A stretch of 64,000 bases of DNA from an uncultured Candidatus Saccharibacteria bacterium (GTDB lineage: Bacteria > Patescibacteriota > Minisyncoccia > Phycocordibacterales > UBA9973): NCBI GenBank assembly GCA_964502615.1, contig CAZCXF010000003.1, positions 8,962 through 72,961 of the forward strand. The letters are read 5' to 3'. The position numbers and the translations under genes were made by a program. The notes below the pieces were generated by a model. That model was not told the origin of the DNA, searched no databases, and was given only the letters and a program-made list of their open reading frames with translations. Below, piece by piece: positions 29,101 through 38,417 of this stretch. Every line of letters begins with the position of its first letter. Position 1 is the first letter of the stretch.

Positions 29101-29676
29101 CTATCTATTTAAACCATATTCTTCGAGTGCTTTCTTATATGAATTTTCTATTTCTTCTGGTTTATCTTTAATACTATCAAGATATGATGGGTGTATTCCC
29201 CATACTAGAAGTAGTTCTTCTTTGTCGCCGTTACGGTCTATTACTTCCTTCATTCTATTTCTTGTTTTTTCGTAATTTTCTATAAATTCTGCTTGCGAAG
29301 CAAAAGCATCCCTGTTCTGTCTACTTTTATTTTTTATAAATTCTTCCTTAGCATTGCTATCTAAATTGTCGTAGAATAGTCCCCCTATTTTTGTTTCATT
29401 ATCAAAATTAACTTTTTCTTCTTCTGCTATAACATCAGGAGTTTTTTCAACTTTCTCTTCACCCAAAATTTGTTTTTTTAGCTGTATATATTCGTCACGA
29501 AGTCTATTAAATTCAACCAACGCTTCTTTTCTTCCTTTTTCTTTTTCTTCCTTTTTAAATTTTTCATCAAAAGCTTTCCCAGTAGTAGAAGCTTTCACTT
29601 GCATTAAAGCTTCCACAGGATTTGCTCCCGTGACTATTGTTCCATCTTCTAATTTAAATCTAAAAAGTTGTTTCAT
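29101..29676 (-). CDS. hypothetical protein
   Basis: 191 aa, Lys/Glu-rich, no motif recognised. Confidence 0.3.
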   Translation of the reverse strand: MKQLFRFKLEDGTIVTGANPVEALMQVKASTTGKAFDEKFKKEEKEKGRKEALVEFNRLRDEYIQLKKQILGEEKVEKTPDVIAEEEKVNFDNETKIGGLFYDNLDSNAKEEFIKNKSRQNRDAFASQAEFIENYEKTRNRMKEVIDRNGDKEELLLVWGIHPSYLDSIKDKPEEIENSYKKALEEYGLNR

Positions 29677-29677
29677 G

Positions 29678-32092
29678 TTATTCTTTTATTTTTATAGCTT
29701 TCAAAAACTTATCTTCATTACCCAAATCTCTGTCAGCTTTTTTCTTTGGCGGAAGAATCATCACTCCATTAATCATATTACTTCCTGGAATAGCTTTAGA
29801 TAATTCTTGATCAATAAATGTTAAATCATGGGTTGAGTTATTTATAAAACCTTTTTTAGTCAGTTCACTGTATGATGCATAAGTGTCGTATCCTTTTGCT
29901 TTAATCAACGCAAAAGGATAATGGAATTTATTTAAATATTTATTATTCTTGCCAGAAGTTTGATAATCAGGAAAGTTATATATTACCTTACCCAATTCGT
30001 TTGTGTATTCTTTGATAACTCGCTCTTTCATTTTTCTTTTTGCAAACTCAAAAGCCTTTAGATCACTATCTATCTTTTTTTGAATTTCACCAATAACAAA
30101 TTTTAATGGCACCATCTCTTCTCGGTACATTTTTCTTGGTTTATTTTCACCCTTTTCTTGCCACCCTTCCGCTTCCACAAGTATCTTCACTTTTTCTTCT
30201 AATTCCTTGTCAGTAAACTTTGGATCAAAAGGATCTCTACCTTCTTTTGACCATTGTATCAAGTGCCTAAAATCAACTTCTTTCTGCAAGGCAAATAAAG
30301 AACTGGCATATTTGTATTTGAAATATGACTCATTGAATCTTTTATTATCAACATATGAAAGATTGTCTTCTTGGTTTATTGTGTTGGTCAATCTATCTAA
30401 CTTAAGATCACGTTCTATAAAACCATTCTCTAGCATAGTATCGTATGTTTCTTTTGTTGCTGAAGTTTTATTGTCGCCAGGATGATTTTTTTGGTGGTGA
30501 TCAAAGTTTATTTGCACGCCTCCATTCTCATGCTCTACTGACAAAGTCTTATTATTTGTATCAATATATATTATTACTTCTCCTGGTTTTTGTTCAACAC
30601 CTTCTCCTTTATGTGTTTTTTCTATTAAATTATATTTAACTCCAGCTAGTTGAAGCATATATAGAGCTCCACGTGTATCACTATCCGCATCCCAGTGGCT
30701 CAGTAGTTCTCCCTTTTCGTTTTCGAAACTGTATCCATGGATAACTACTCTATCTACTTTCATATTATTCTTTCGTAAGATATCTCCTATCTCTCGCATT
30801 GTTTCTAATCTCTTTAATTTTTCCTTTTCTATTTTTTCATTTTCTTCTGTATCTTCAACTTGTCCTGCTGGTTGTATTTCTACATTTCCAAATCCAAGAA
30901 TAGAAAGTTGTTCTTTCCATAATTTTGCTTTTTCTTCAGGCGAAGCCTTTCTTCTACCAATGGTTTGCCTAATTTTTAATTCCTCAATTTTCTCACCGAA
31001 GTTCTCAAGACTCTTTAATTCTTGTTTGTTTTTGTATTCTTCACTTTTTTCTACAACGAACTCCTTATTTTTATCCATCAAGAAAGAGCGCATATCTTCT
31101 ATGCTCATATTACCCTTTTGGTTTGTAGTTAGATTCTCAAAAGAAATCTTCCCGTTTCTAACTTCTCTGATTTTATATATAGCTCTTTCACCGTCTAATC
31201 CGCCAGTTCTAATTTTCACAATATCTCCAATACTAATATCTTCAAGTTTCTTTTCTTTCTCTTTATTCTTTCTAAATTCTATACTTGTTTCTTCTGCTAG
31301 CCTCTCTGCATCTTCCATTTTTAATTCTACTCGTTCGCCCTTCTCGTTTTTAACAACAATATATTTTTCTTTTCCACGTATAACAATTCCAACCACTGAG
31401 TAATTTAAACTTTCTTTACCAACTAGTTTGTTTATATCATCAGTAGCAACTTCTACATCAAGACTTTTACCATTATCTAAATTTACCCAATCTGATCTCA
31501 TCTCTCCGTTTACTTCGAGAGGGATCTTCTTATCAAGAGCTAATTTAATATTATTTAATCTTTCTATAAGAAGTCTTTTTTTGTCTAGTAAATTATCTAA
31601 AGCTTTTTTTCTACTAGATTTTTCTATATCACTTAAATCTTTATTATTTATTCGATCAATTTTTCTACTTAATGCTATCTTTACCCACTCATATGGGTTC
31701 TCTTCAAAAATTTCTAACTCCCTTTTATTTCTTTCATCAACTTTTTTATCCCCGTATATTTTACTTAATTCATTTCTCCATATATCTGTTTCTAAATAAA
31801 CTAAATCTTGTAGTTTTATATCTTCATTATTTAGTACAAGACCCATACGATCTAGTTTTTCCCCTCTTGAAGTTTTTGGGTTTTTTTCTTCTATTTCCCT
31901 TATATCTTTACCTTCTGGATAATCTTTAGGGAAAAGCCTCTTTAGCATAGGGTTAAAAATACGACCTGCTTCCTTCCTACTCTCCTTTTCAATATTTCTT
32001 GGTTTACGTGGTTCTATAGGTGTAGGATTATCTCCCCCGCCACTTTGGCCGGGTATTTCACTAAGAGCATTGTATTTCTTTAGTCCATCCAT
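29678..32092 (-). CDS. large Lys/Glu-rich protein with embedded DHH-family phosphoesterase motifs
   Basis: HWDADSDTRGA (motif I), VIIYIDTN (motif II), INFDHHQ (DHH motif III) within aa ~450-530. Confidence 0.4.
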   Translation of the reverse strand: MDGLKKYNALSEIPGQSGGGDNPTPIEPRKPRNIEKESRKEAGRIFNPMLKRLFPKDYPEGKDIREIEEKNPKTSRGEKLDRMGLVLNNEDIKLQDLVYLETDIWRNELSKIYGDKKVDERNKRELEIFEENPYEWVKIALSRKIDRINNKDLSDIEKSSRKKALDNLLDKKRLLIERLNNIKLALDKKIPLEVNGEMRSDWVNLDNGKSLDVEVATDDINKLVGKESLNYSVVGIVIRGKEKYIVVKNEKGERVELKMEDAERLAEETSIEFRKNKEKEKKLEDISIGDIVKIRTGGLDGERAIYKIREVRNGKISFENLTTNQKGNMSIEDMRSFLMDKNKEFVVEKSEEYKNKQELKSLENFGEKIEELKIRQTIGRRKASPEEKAKLWKEQLSILGFGNVEIQPAGQVEDTEENEKIEKEKLKRLETMREIGDILRKNNMKVDRVVIHGYSFENEKGELLSHWDADSDTRGALYMLQLAGVKYNLIEKTHKGEGVEQKPGEVIIYIDTNNKTLSVEHENGGVQINFDHHQKNHPGDNKTSATKETYDTMLENGFIERDLKLDRLTNTINQEDNLSYVDNKRFNESYFKYKYASSLFALQKEVDFRHLIQWSKEGRDPFDPKFTDKELEEKVKILVEAEGWQEKGENKPRKMYREEMVPLKFVIGEIQKKIDSDLKAFEFAKRKMKERVIKEYTNELGKVIYNFPDYQTSGKNNKYLNKFHYPFALIKAKGYDTYASYSELTKKGFINNSTHDLTFIDQELSKAIPGSNMINGVMILPPKKKADRDLGNEDKFLKAIKIKE

Positions 32093-32392
32093 GTTTGTCT
32101 ATTATACCTATATTTAAATATGCTTGTCAAATAAAGCTATTTGTGGTGTAGTAAAGCGTTTTTATAGGGAGTTGATAACCCTGTGTATTACTTGGTTGAC
32201 TAAGGGGTCTACATGGGCTACCCTTAAAGGAGTAGGGTAGCTTTAGGGCTTCACTACTTCCTGAAATAGAAGAAAAGCTTTATTTTGTAAGCATTACCGA
32301 AAAGATTGTAACAATCACATTGGTATCATTTAGAAAATTACAGCCCTCACTTTTGTGGTCGTACTGTAGTTCCTAGATAGGGTGATCCCAGT

Positions 32393-33622
32393 TTGATTAA
32401 TTTATTTAGGCTTATTAAACTCAAAAATCAAGATTCTAATGGTAGTTTTGCTTGGCAAAAAAACCAAAAGATGAAAATAGCCTTATTTTACAAGCCTTCT
32501 ACTATGAAAGCTTGTATTTCTGTGTTTGTATTAATGTATATCTTTTGCCAGCCAAGCTTAGCTTCGGCTGGTTTTTTATCTGATCTTGTTGATAAAATAG
32601 TGGGCAATAAGACTCAGGCTTCTGAAATAGAACCTGCAAATACAGAGGTGATTCACAATTCTCAAAATGTTCCTTTGCTTGAGTCTTCTATTAACCCAGA
32701 CTTAAAGAATATAAAAGATGAACCTACTCCTGTTTCTATATCTAGTAATACAGCCTTATCTAATAATGGTAATCTAGACGTTGATTCTGAGCTTGAAAAA
32801 TATGACTCAAACGTCAAAATTACTACTTATACAGTAAAAAAGGGTGATACATTAGATAGTATTGCTAAAAAACTCAAGATTTCTAAGGCTACTATAATTG
32901 CATCAAACACAGACCTTAAAAAATCAGATTTATTAAAGGTTGGACAACCTCTTGCTATCTTTGGAATTAAGCCTGATGTCAAAGAGGTCCCAGTTAAAAA
33001 TGAAAAAACGATAGTAAAGAAAGAGGAAGAACCAAAAGAAACAAAGAAAGTCGTTGTTGAAACTAAACAACAAGCACCAAAAGAAGAACCAATTCCAGCC
33101 CCTATAGTACAAGCTCCAGTAGTTACAACACCTATTATAGAACCCCCAGTTCAGGTTGCTCAGCCTCAACAACCAGAACCTCAAACTCCAACTGGGCAGC
33201 CAGAAGGTGGAATCGATGGTGGATATATATGGCCATTCCCTAAAGGAATAGGTCGCGTATCACAAGGTTTGCATGCTGACCAAGCGATTGACTTTGCAGC
33301 ACCAAAAGGTACTCCTATATATGCTGTTTCAAATGGTACGGTTTTAATTGCTCATCCAACAGGTTATAATGGTGGATATGGTAGATATGTCGTTATAAAC
33401 TTTGATGATGGGCGCCAAGCAATATTTGGACATATGAGCGAAGTTACTGCAACTCCAGGGCAAGTAGTAAAAAAGGGTGATGTTATAGGATTTGTTGGTT
33501 CAACTGGTAAATCTACTGGCCCCCACCTACACTTAGGTTTCCACTTTGAGAGTGGTTCAGGACTAGGAAACCCTTATATTGGTTTGAAAGTTAATAGTAC
33601 GGATTTTATAGACAATGAATAA
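32393..33622 (+). CDS. LysM domain + M23 (LytM-like) metallopeptidase
   Basis: LysM YTVKKGDTLDSIAKKL; M23 HADQAIDF (HxxxD) and GPHLHLGFHF; true start probably at internal Met (~32471 or ~32504), giving signal peptide MKACISVFVLMYIFCQPSLASA. Confidence 0.75.
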   Translation: MINLFRLIKLKNQDSNGSFAWQKNQKMKIALFYKPSTMKACISVFVLMYIFCQPSLASAGFLSDLVDKIVGNKTQASEIEPANTEVIHNSQNVPLLESSINPDLKNIKDEPTPVSISSNTALSNNGNLDVDSELEKYDSNVKITTYTVKKGDTLDSIAKKLKISKATIIASNTDLKKSDLLKVGQPLAIFGIKPDVKEVPVKNEKTIVKKEEEPKETKKVVVETKQQAPKEEPIPAPIVQAPVVTTPIIEPPVQVAQPQQPEPQTPTGQPEGGIDGGYIWPFPKGIGRVSQGLHADQAIDFAAPKGTPIYAVSNGTVLIAHPTGYNGGYGRYVVINFDDGRQAIFGHMSEVTATPGQVVKKGDVIGFVGSTGKSTGPHLHLGFHFESGSGLGNPYIGLKVNSTDFIDNE

Positions 33623-33902
33623 AAAATTATTAACATTACTTATAGCATTCCTATTATTTATAGGCTATCCAATGGCTGATATTTCTGCTGCAACTACAAC
33701 AGGATCAACACCAGCTTCAAAAACAGTCACCAAGACAGTAAAAAAGAAAACAGCTACGAAGAAAAAAGTAGTAAAAAGAAAGAGAAAAGAAAGATTAATT
33801 AGTGCTCCAAAACCATTTACTCTCGAAACTGCTCCCCATTCACCTCAACCAATTGCCAAAGCAAAAAAGAAAACAACTAAGAAAACAGTTAAGAAAGCAT
33901 AA
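33615..33902 (+). CDS. small Lys-rich secreted protein
   Basis: Signal peptide then KKK-rich basic tail; 95 aa. Confidence 0.3.
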   Translation: MNKKLLTLLIAFLLFIGYPMADISAATTTGSTPASKTVTKTVKKKTATKKKVVKRKRKERLISAPKPFTLETAPHSPQPIAKAKKKTTKKTVKKA

Positions 33903-33904
33903 AA

Positions 33905-33934
33905 AATCCCCGACCAAAGTCGCGGGATTTTTTA
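33905..33934 (+). terminator. rho-independent terminator
   Basis: atccccgac-caaa-gtcgcgggat hairpin followed by T6. Confidence 0.65.
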
Positions 33935-33953
33935 TGCTATAATTTATCTATAA

Positions 33954-35507
33954 ATGAAAAGGCTCTTACTACTATCTCTAATAGTTTTTCTATTATCTGG
34001 ATTTGTTAATCTAGGTTCTGCCTTAGCTTCTGATGGTACTATTGATACTAGTTTTGTAACAGGGACTGGTTTTGATGGGCCAGTTAACGCAATAGTTAAA
34101 CAATCCGATGGAAAAATAATCGTTGGAGGACAATTCTATAATTATAATGGAACACCTTCTGCATCTATTGTCAGACTAAACTCAGATGGAAGCATAGATA
34201 GTAGTTTCACTATTGGTACAGGTTTCAACGGAGCTATAACAGCTTTAGGTATTACATCAAATGGAAAAATAATCGCAGCAGGGACTTTTGATGACTACAA
34301 TAGTAATTATTCTAAGGGAGTAGCAAGAATAAATTCTGATGGAACTTTTGACTCAACATTTGTTACGGGTATTGGTATTAGTGGTGCAAGAAATTTTTAT
34401 ACTATTAATGCTATGGTAGTTCAATCTGATGACAAAGTTATTTTAGTTGGGCGGTTTAATGGTTATGACGGTAATACTGTTGCTGATATAGTTCGTATCA
34501 ATACAGATGGTTCTTTTGATTCGAGTTTTCTTCAGGGTGGTGGTTTCGATAACGAAACTTTTTCTTTAGCTATTCAATCTGATAATAAAATAATAGTTGG
34601 AGGGACTTTTAATAGTTACGATAGTAATACTGTTGCAAATATAGTTCGATTAAATTCTGATGGAACATACGATGCATCTTTTTCAACAGGAGCTGGTTTT
34701 AGTGATAGAGTTTCATCGATAGTCGTTCAATCTGATAATAAAATCCTTCTAGCTGGACCGTTTACTACATTTGATGGAAATAGTATTCCTTATTTAATAC
34801 GCCTCAATTCTAACGGATCTATTGATGGTAGTTTTAATACTTCTAATAATTTTGACGGTACTATTAATTCTGCAGTTATTCAGTCAAATGGAAAAATTAT
34901 AGTAGGAGGGGTTTTCAATAATTATGGATCAACTGCAGTGTCGCACGGTATTGCGCAACTAACTTCTACCGGGGCACTTGATTCAACATTTTCTATAGGC
35001 ACTGGTTTTGATTTTACTCCATTAGTAATGTTGTTAGATTCAAATAATAAGTTAATTGTTGGTGGAGATTTTGGCCAATATAACGGATCAACAGCTGTAG
35101 ACATCATTAGACTAAATGCTGATCCCGTAGTAATTATCTCTTCTGGTGGAGGAGGTGGAGGTCACCATAGCTCAGGGTTTTTACCAAGTCTGGTGCAAAT
35201 ACCTACACCAACAACAGGGATAAATATTCCTGCTGTGTGTATGCCTCTAATTACAGGTCCTATTGAGAGAGGTAAGAAAAATAACCCAGAAGAAGTAAAT
35301 AAACTAGTAACTTTCTTAAACACTCACGAAGGAACAAATTTAATTGCTGACGGTATTTATGGACGCAAAGATGTAGAAGCTATTAAAAATTTTCAGACCA
35401 AATACTATAAAGATATATTCTCTCCATTTTTGAAAAATAAAGTAACTGGCATCGTCGGATACTACACTAGGTTTAAAATAAACGAGCTTAATTGTTTGAA
35501 AAAATAA
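33954..35507 (+). CDS. secreted delta-60-repeat (beta-propeller-like) protein with C-terminal peptidoglycan-binding (PG_binding_1-like) domain
   Basis: About 8 repeats of DGSxDxSFxxGxGFxGxV...QSDGKIxVGGxFxxY...IVRLNSDG; C-terminal LIADGIYGRKDVEAIKNFQ resembles PG_binding_1. Confidence 0.5.
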   Translation: MKRLLLLSLIVFLLSGFVNLGSALASDGTIDTSFVTGTGFDGPVNAIVKQSDGKIIVGGQFYNYNGTPSASIVRLNSDGSIDSSFTIGTGFNGAITALGITSNGKIIAAGTFDDYNSNYSKGVARINSDGTFDSTFVTGIGISGARNFYTINAMVVQSDDKVILVGRFNGYDGNTVADIVRINTDGSFDSSFLQGGGFDNETFSLAIQSDNKIIVGGTFNSYDSNTVANIVRLNSDGTYDASFSTGAGFSDRVSSIVVQSDNKILLAGPFTTFDGNSIPYLIRLNSNGSIDGSFNTSNNFDGTINSAVIQSNGKIIVGGVFNNYGSTAVSHGIAQLTSTGALDSTFSIGTGFDFTPLVMLLDSNNKLIVGGDFGQYNGSTAVDIIRLNADPVVIISSGGGGGGHHSSGFLPSLVQIPTPTTGINIPAVCMPLITGPIERGKKNNPEEVNKLVTFLNTHEGTNLIADGIYGRKDVEAIKNFQTKYYKDIFSPFLKNKVTGIVGYYTRFKINELNCLKK

Positions 35508-35510
35508 TAT

Positions 35511-37076
35511 CTAGTTTCTAGGTCTATACTGTAATGCTTCCAAGATATGATTTGTATTTATATCTTCACTTCCTTCAAGGTCTGCAATAGTACGAGCAAG
35601 TTTAATCGTTCTATGATATGCACGTGCAGAGAGTTGTAGTTTTTCAGCACTATCATTTAATAATTTTTTTATTTCTGTTGTAAGTGGGGCATAAATTGCG
35701 AGTTCTTTTACATTCATCTCACTATTTGTGTTTATTTTTCTCGGAGAGTTTTTAAATCTTTTTGTTTGAATATCTCGAGCCCGCTTAACTCTTTCTTTTA
35801 TTACAGTAGTTTTTTCTCCAGAAGGTTCTGTGCTTGAAAGTTTTTCATAATCTACCACACCAACAGTTACCCAAATATCTATTCGATCCATAATAGGACC
35901 TGAAAGTTTTCTACTATACCTATCAAGGTCACTTGGTTTACAAATGCATTCTTTTTGTTTATTCCCTTTGTTTCCGCATGGACATGGGTTCATAGCCGCG
36001 ACTAATATAAAATTTGATGGAAAAATTGCCGAGCCACGAGCACGAGAAATAGCAACGATATTATCTTCTAAAGGTTGACGCAATGATTCCAAGACACGTT
36101 TTTCAAATTCTGGAAATTCATCTAAGAAAAGTACTCCCCGATGTGCAAGTGTTACTTCTCCTGGTTTTGGATTTACTCCACCCCCGATCATTGATACATA
36201 ACTTGCAGTATGATGAGGTGCTCTAAATGGTGGTTCTGTAATAAGGTTATCTTCAAGAAGACCCACTACTGAATGTATCCCCGTGATTTCAAGACATTCC
36301 TCTGTTTTTAAATCTGGAAGTATATAAGAGAAAACTCGAGCAAGCATTGTTTTACCAGTTCCTGGAGGTCCTGACATTGCAATATTATGTCCACCAGCTG
36401 CAGCTATTTCTACTCCCCGCTTTGCTCCTTCTTGTCCGCGGATATCTGCAAAATCTATTCCATATTCTTTTTTATTGTGAAATATTTCTGTTTTTGGGGT
36501 TGGGATTATTTTAGATTTCTCTTTTTCAATTGGATTACCCTCCTTGTCTAATCTTATTTTATAAATGTGATCAACGACTTCTTTTAGAGTTTTTGCTCCA
36601 TAGACTGTAATACCCTCTACTAATGCTGCTTCTTTTGCATTTTGTTCCGGTAAAAATATTTCTTTATAACCAAGCCTTTTAGCTTCTTGGGCTAGTGGCA
36701 AAGCCCCTTTTATTGGTTGAAGCTCACCATTTAAAGATAATTCACCTAAAAACACTCTTCCTTCTGGATCAAAATCAATTTCTTCTGCTGAAAGTAAATA
36801 AGCAAGAGCAATAGCTAAATCAAAATACGGACCCTCCTTTTTTATATCAGCAGGAGAGAGTGATATTACTATTTTTTGGTTTTGATTTTTAGGAGAAGTA
36901 AAACCAGAGTTTTTGAGTGCTGAACTCATCCTATCTTTTGACTCATCTACTGCTTTATCTGGCAGTCCTACTAAAGTAAAAGCGTGTAGGGTGTTTTTAG
37001 TTATATCAACCTCTACAGTAACGATCTTACCTTTTAATAGATATGTTTGAGCTGAATAAACTCTTGAAAATGACAT
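35511..37076 (-). CDS. comM: YifB/ComM-family Mg-chelatase-like AAA+ ATPase
   Basis: Lon-like N-domain, Walker A GPPGTGKT, ChlI-type AAA module. Confidence 0.8.
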   Translation of the reverse strand: MSFSRVYSAQTYLLKGKIVTVEVDITKNTLHAFTLVGLPDKAVDESKDRMSSALKNSGFTSPKNQNQKIVISLSPADIKKEGPYFDLAIALAYLLSAEEIDFDPEGRVFLGELSLNGELQPIKGALPLAQEAKRLGYKEIFLPEQNAKEAALVEGITVYGAKTLKEVVDHIYKIRLDKEGNPIEKEKSKIIPTPKTEIFHNKKEYGIDFADIRGQEGAKRGVEIAAAGGHNIAMSGPPGTGKTMLARVFSYILPDLKTEECLEITGIHSVVGLLEDNLITEPPFRAPHHTASYVSMIGGGVNPKPGEVTLAHRGVLFLDEFPEFEKRVLESLRQPLEDNIVAISRARGSAIFPSNFILVAAMNPCPCGNKGNKQKECICKPSDLDRYSRKLSGPIMDRIDIWVTVGVVDYEKLSSTEPSGEKTTVIKERVKRARDIQTKRFKNSPRKINTNSEMNVKELAIYAPLTTEIKKLLNDSAEKLQLSARAYHRTIKLARTIADLEGSEDINTNHILEALQYRPRN

Positions 37077-37113
37077 AAAAACATAAAAGCCCCAAAGGGC
37101 TTTTATAAAAATA

Positions 37114-37509
37114 CTATACGACCTTTTCCATGCAAGCTTTGCATGTGCGAGCTGCAGGGTTTGCTTCTAGCCTATCTTCTTCAATTGGATTTCCACAAAC
37201 TTCACAAATTCCGTAATTTCCACTTACTATTTTTTGCAGAGCATTATTTATATCATCGAGTCTCTGGTCTAGTGTCTCTGTTATTGCTGATCTTTCTCCA
37301 TAATCTTCTGTTCGATCAGCCATATCACTCTCATCTGCTTCAGGAGCACTCTGGGATGGAGGAGTGGCTTCCCACTCGCCTGTTTCTTTGTCTAATTTAC
37401 CCATAGAGCTTAATTCTTCTTCCAGTAGCTTCTTTTCTTCTTCTAATTTTGTTTTGTATATTTCTGTTTTCATAATTGTAATATTAACAAGACTATTTAT
37501 AATTAGCAA
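37114..37509 (-). CDS. DksA/TraR-family C4 zinc-finger protein
   Basis: C-terminal CEVCGNPIEEDRLEANPAARTCKAC four-Cys finger; N-terminal coiled coil. Confidence 0.6.
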   Translation of the reverse strand: MLIINSLVNITIMKTEIYKTKLEEEKKLLEEELSSMGKLDKETGEWEATPPSQSAPEADESDMADRTEDYGERSAITETLDQRLDDINNALQKIVSGNYGICEVCGNPIEEDRLEANPAARTCKACMEKVV

Positions 37510-37511
37510 TC

Positions 37512-38417
37512 TTATAACGGCTTGGTTTCTTTTGATATAATCCTTGTCACAACCTCTTTCAATACATCTTGGTTGTCGGCAATGATAAAATTGTTTTTAT
37601 TTATAAATATATAATAGAGTACTTCTTTTCCTAGATTATCATAAAGCACTCTAGCATCTTTGTTGTCTATAATAATATCAGACCACTGTTTTTCTAGGAG
37701 TTCGGATCTATCTCCGCTTATGTCTATACCAAAAATTGAACTCATATCATTAAGCATTGTTTTTTCCCAAGAAAGCATCGAAGCATATGTCTGGTTGTAG
37801 TCTTTAATTGAAAATATTAAGAATAGATGAGGTTTAGAACTATCACCATCTTTTGTGTTATAAGTTCCTATTAAGTATTTTTCACCCAAATTTCTAATTA
37901 GAGCTTGAGGAGCACTCTCGCCGATTAGAGAAATAAATTCTGTAACATTTACTAATTCTGGTTTTCCGCTAACATCTTTTTTTAAGAATATAGCTTTTAC
38001 CGAATTTTCTTTACTATCATTTCCAACCTCTTTTTTTATTGCACCCGATAAATCATTATGAGTTGTAAGCCCAGCTGTATCGACAAATGTTTTTTCGTTA
38101 AAAGATATCGGAGCCTCGATTTCTTTTATAGTTTGAACTGGTGATGTTGTCTCAACATTTTTTTGAGTTACAAAGTAAGTTATGCCTAAAGCAATTACTA
38201 TTAGAATAATTCCTCCAAAAATTAGAAAAACTTTAGAAGAATTACTACCTTCTGCTTTTTTATATATTTCTTCACTTTCCCTCTTTTCTTTTTCCGCTAG
38301 TGCAATTTTTATGACTGACATTTCATTGTCACGCACTGCATCAGCCATATCCGATGTATAAGTATGGATAACTTTTAGATCACTACTTAAATTGTTAGGC
38401 CTTTTATTTTCCTCCAT
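37512..38417 (-). CDS. membrane-anchored hypothetical protein
   Basis: Single TM around aa 63-85; no motif recognised. Confidence 0.3.
   Translation of the reverse strand: MEENKRPNNLSSDLKVIHTYTSDMADAVRDNEMSVIKIALAEKEKRESEEIYKKAEGSNSSKVFLIFGGIILIVIALGITYFVTQKNVETTSPVQTIKEIEAPISFNEKTFVDTAGLTTHNDLSGAIKKEVGNDSKENSVKAIFLKKDVSGKPELVNVTEFISLIGESAPQALIRNLGEKYLIGTYNTKDGDSSKPHLFLIFSIKDYNQTYASMLSWEKTMLNDMSSIFGIDISGDRSELLEKQWSDIIIDNKDARVLYDNLGKEVLYYIFINKNNFIIADNQDVLKEVVTRIISKETKPL

Noticed and set aside
20487-32092. Possibility that the amidase / GH25 / giant-protein block is a prophage (endolysin-like enzymes, tape-measure-like giant protein)
   Set aside because: No capsid, terminase, portal, integrase or holin-like genes recognisable; enzymes are membrane-anchored or secreted with signal peptides rather than phage-type cytoplasmic endolysins. 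Residual possibility is low.
29678-32092. Considered that the 804-aa protein could be the missing T4SS relaxase (MobA/MobL-like)
   Set aside because: No HxDxxxHxH or Tyr-based relaxase motifs seen; DHH motifs fit better, and even those are tentative.
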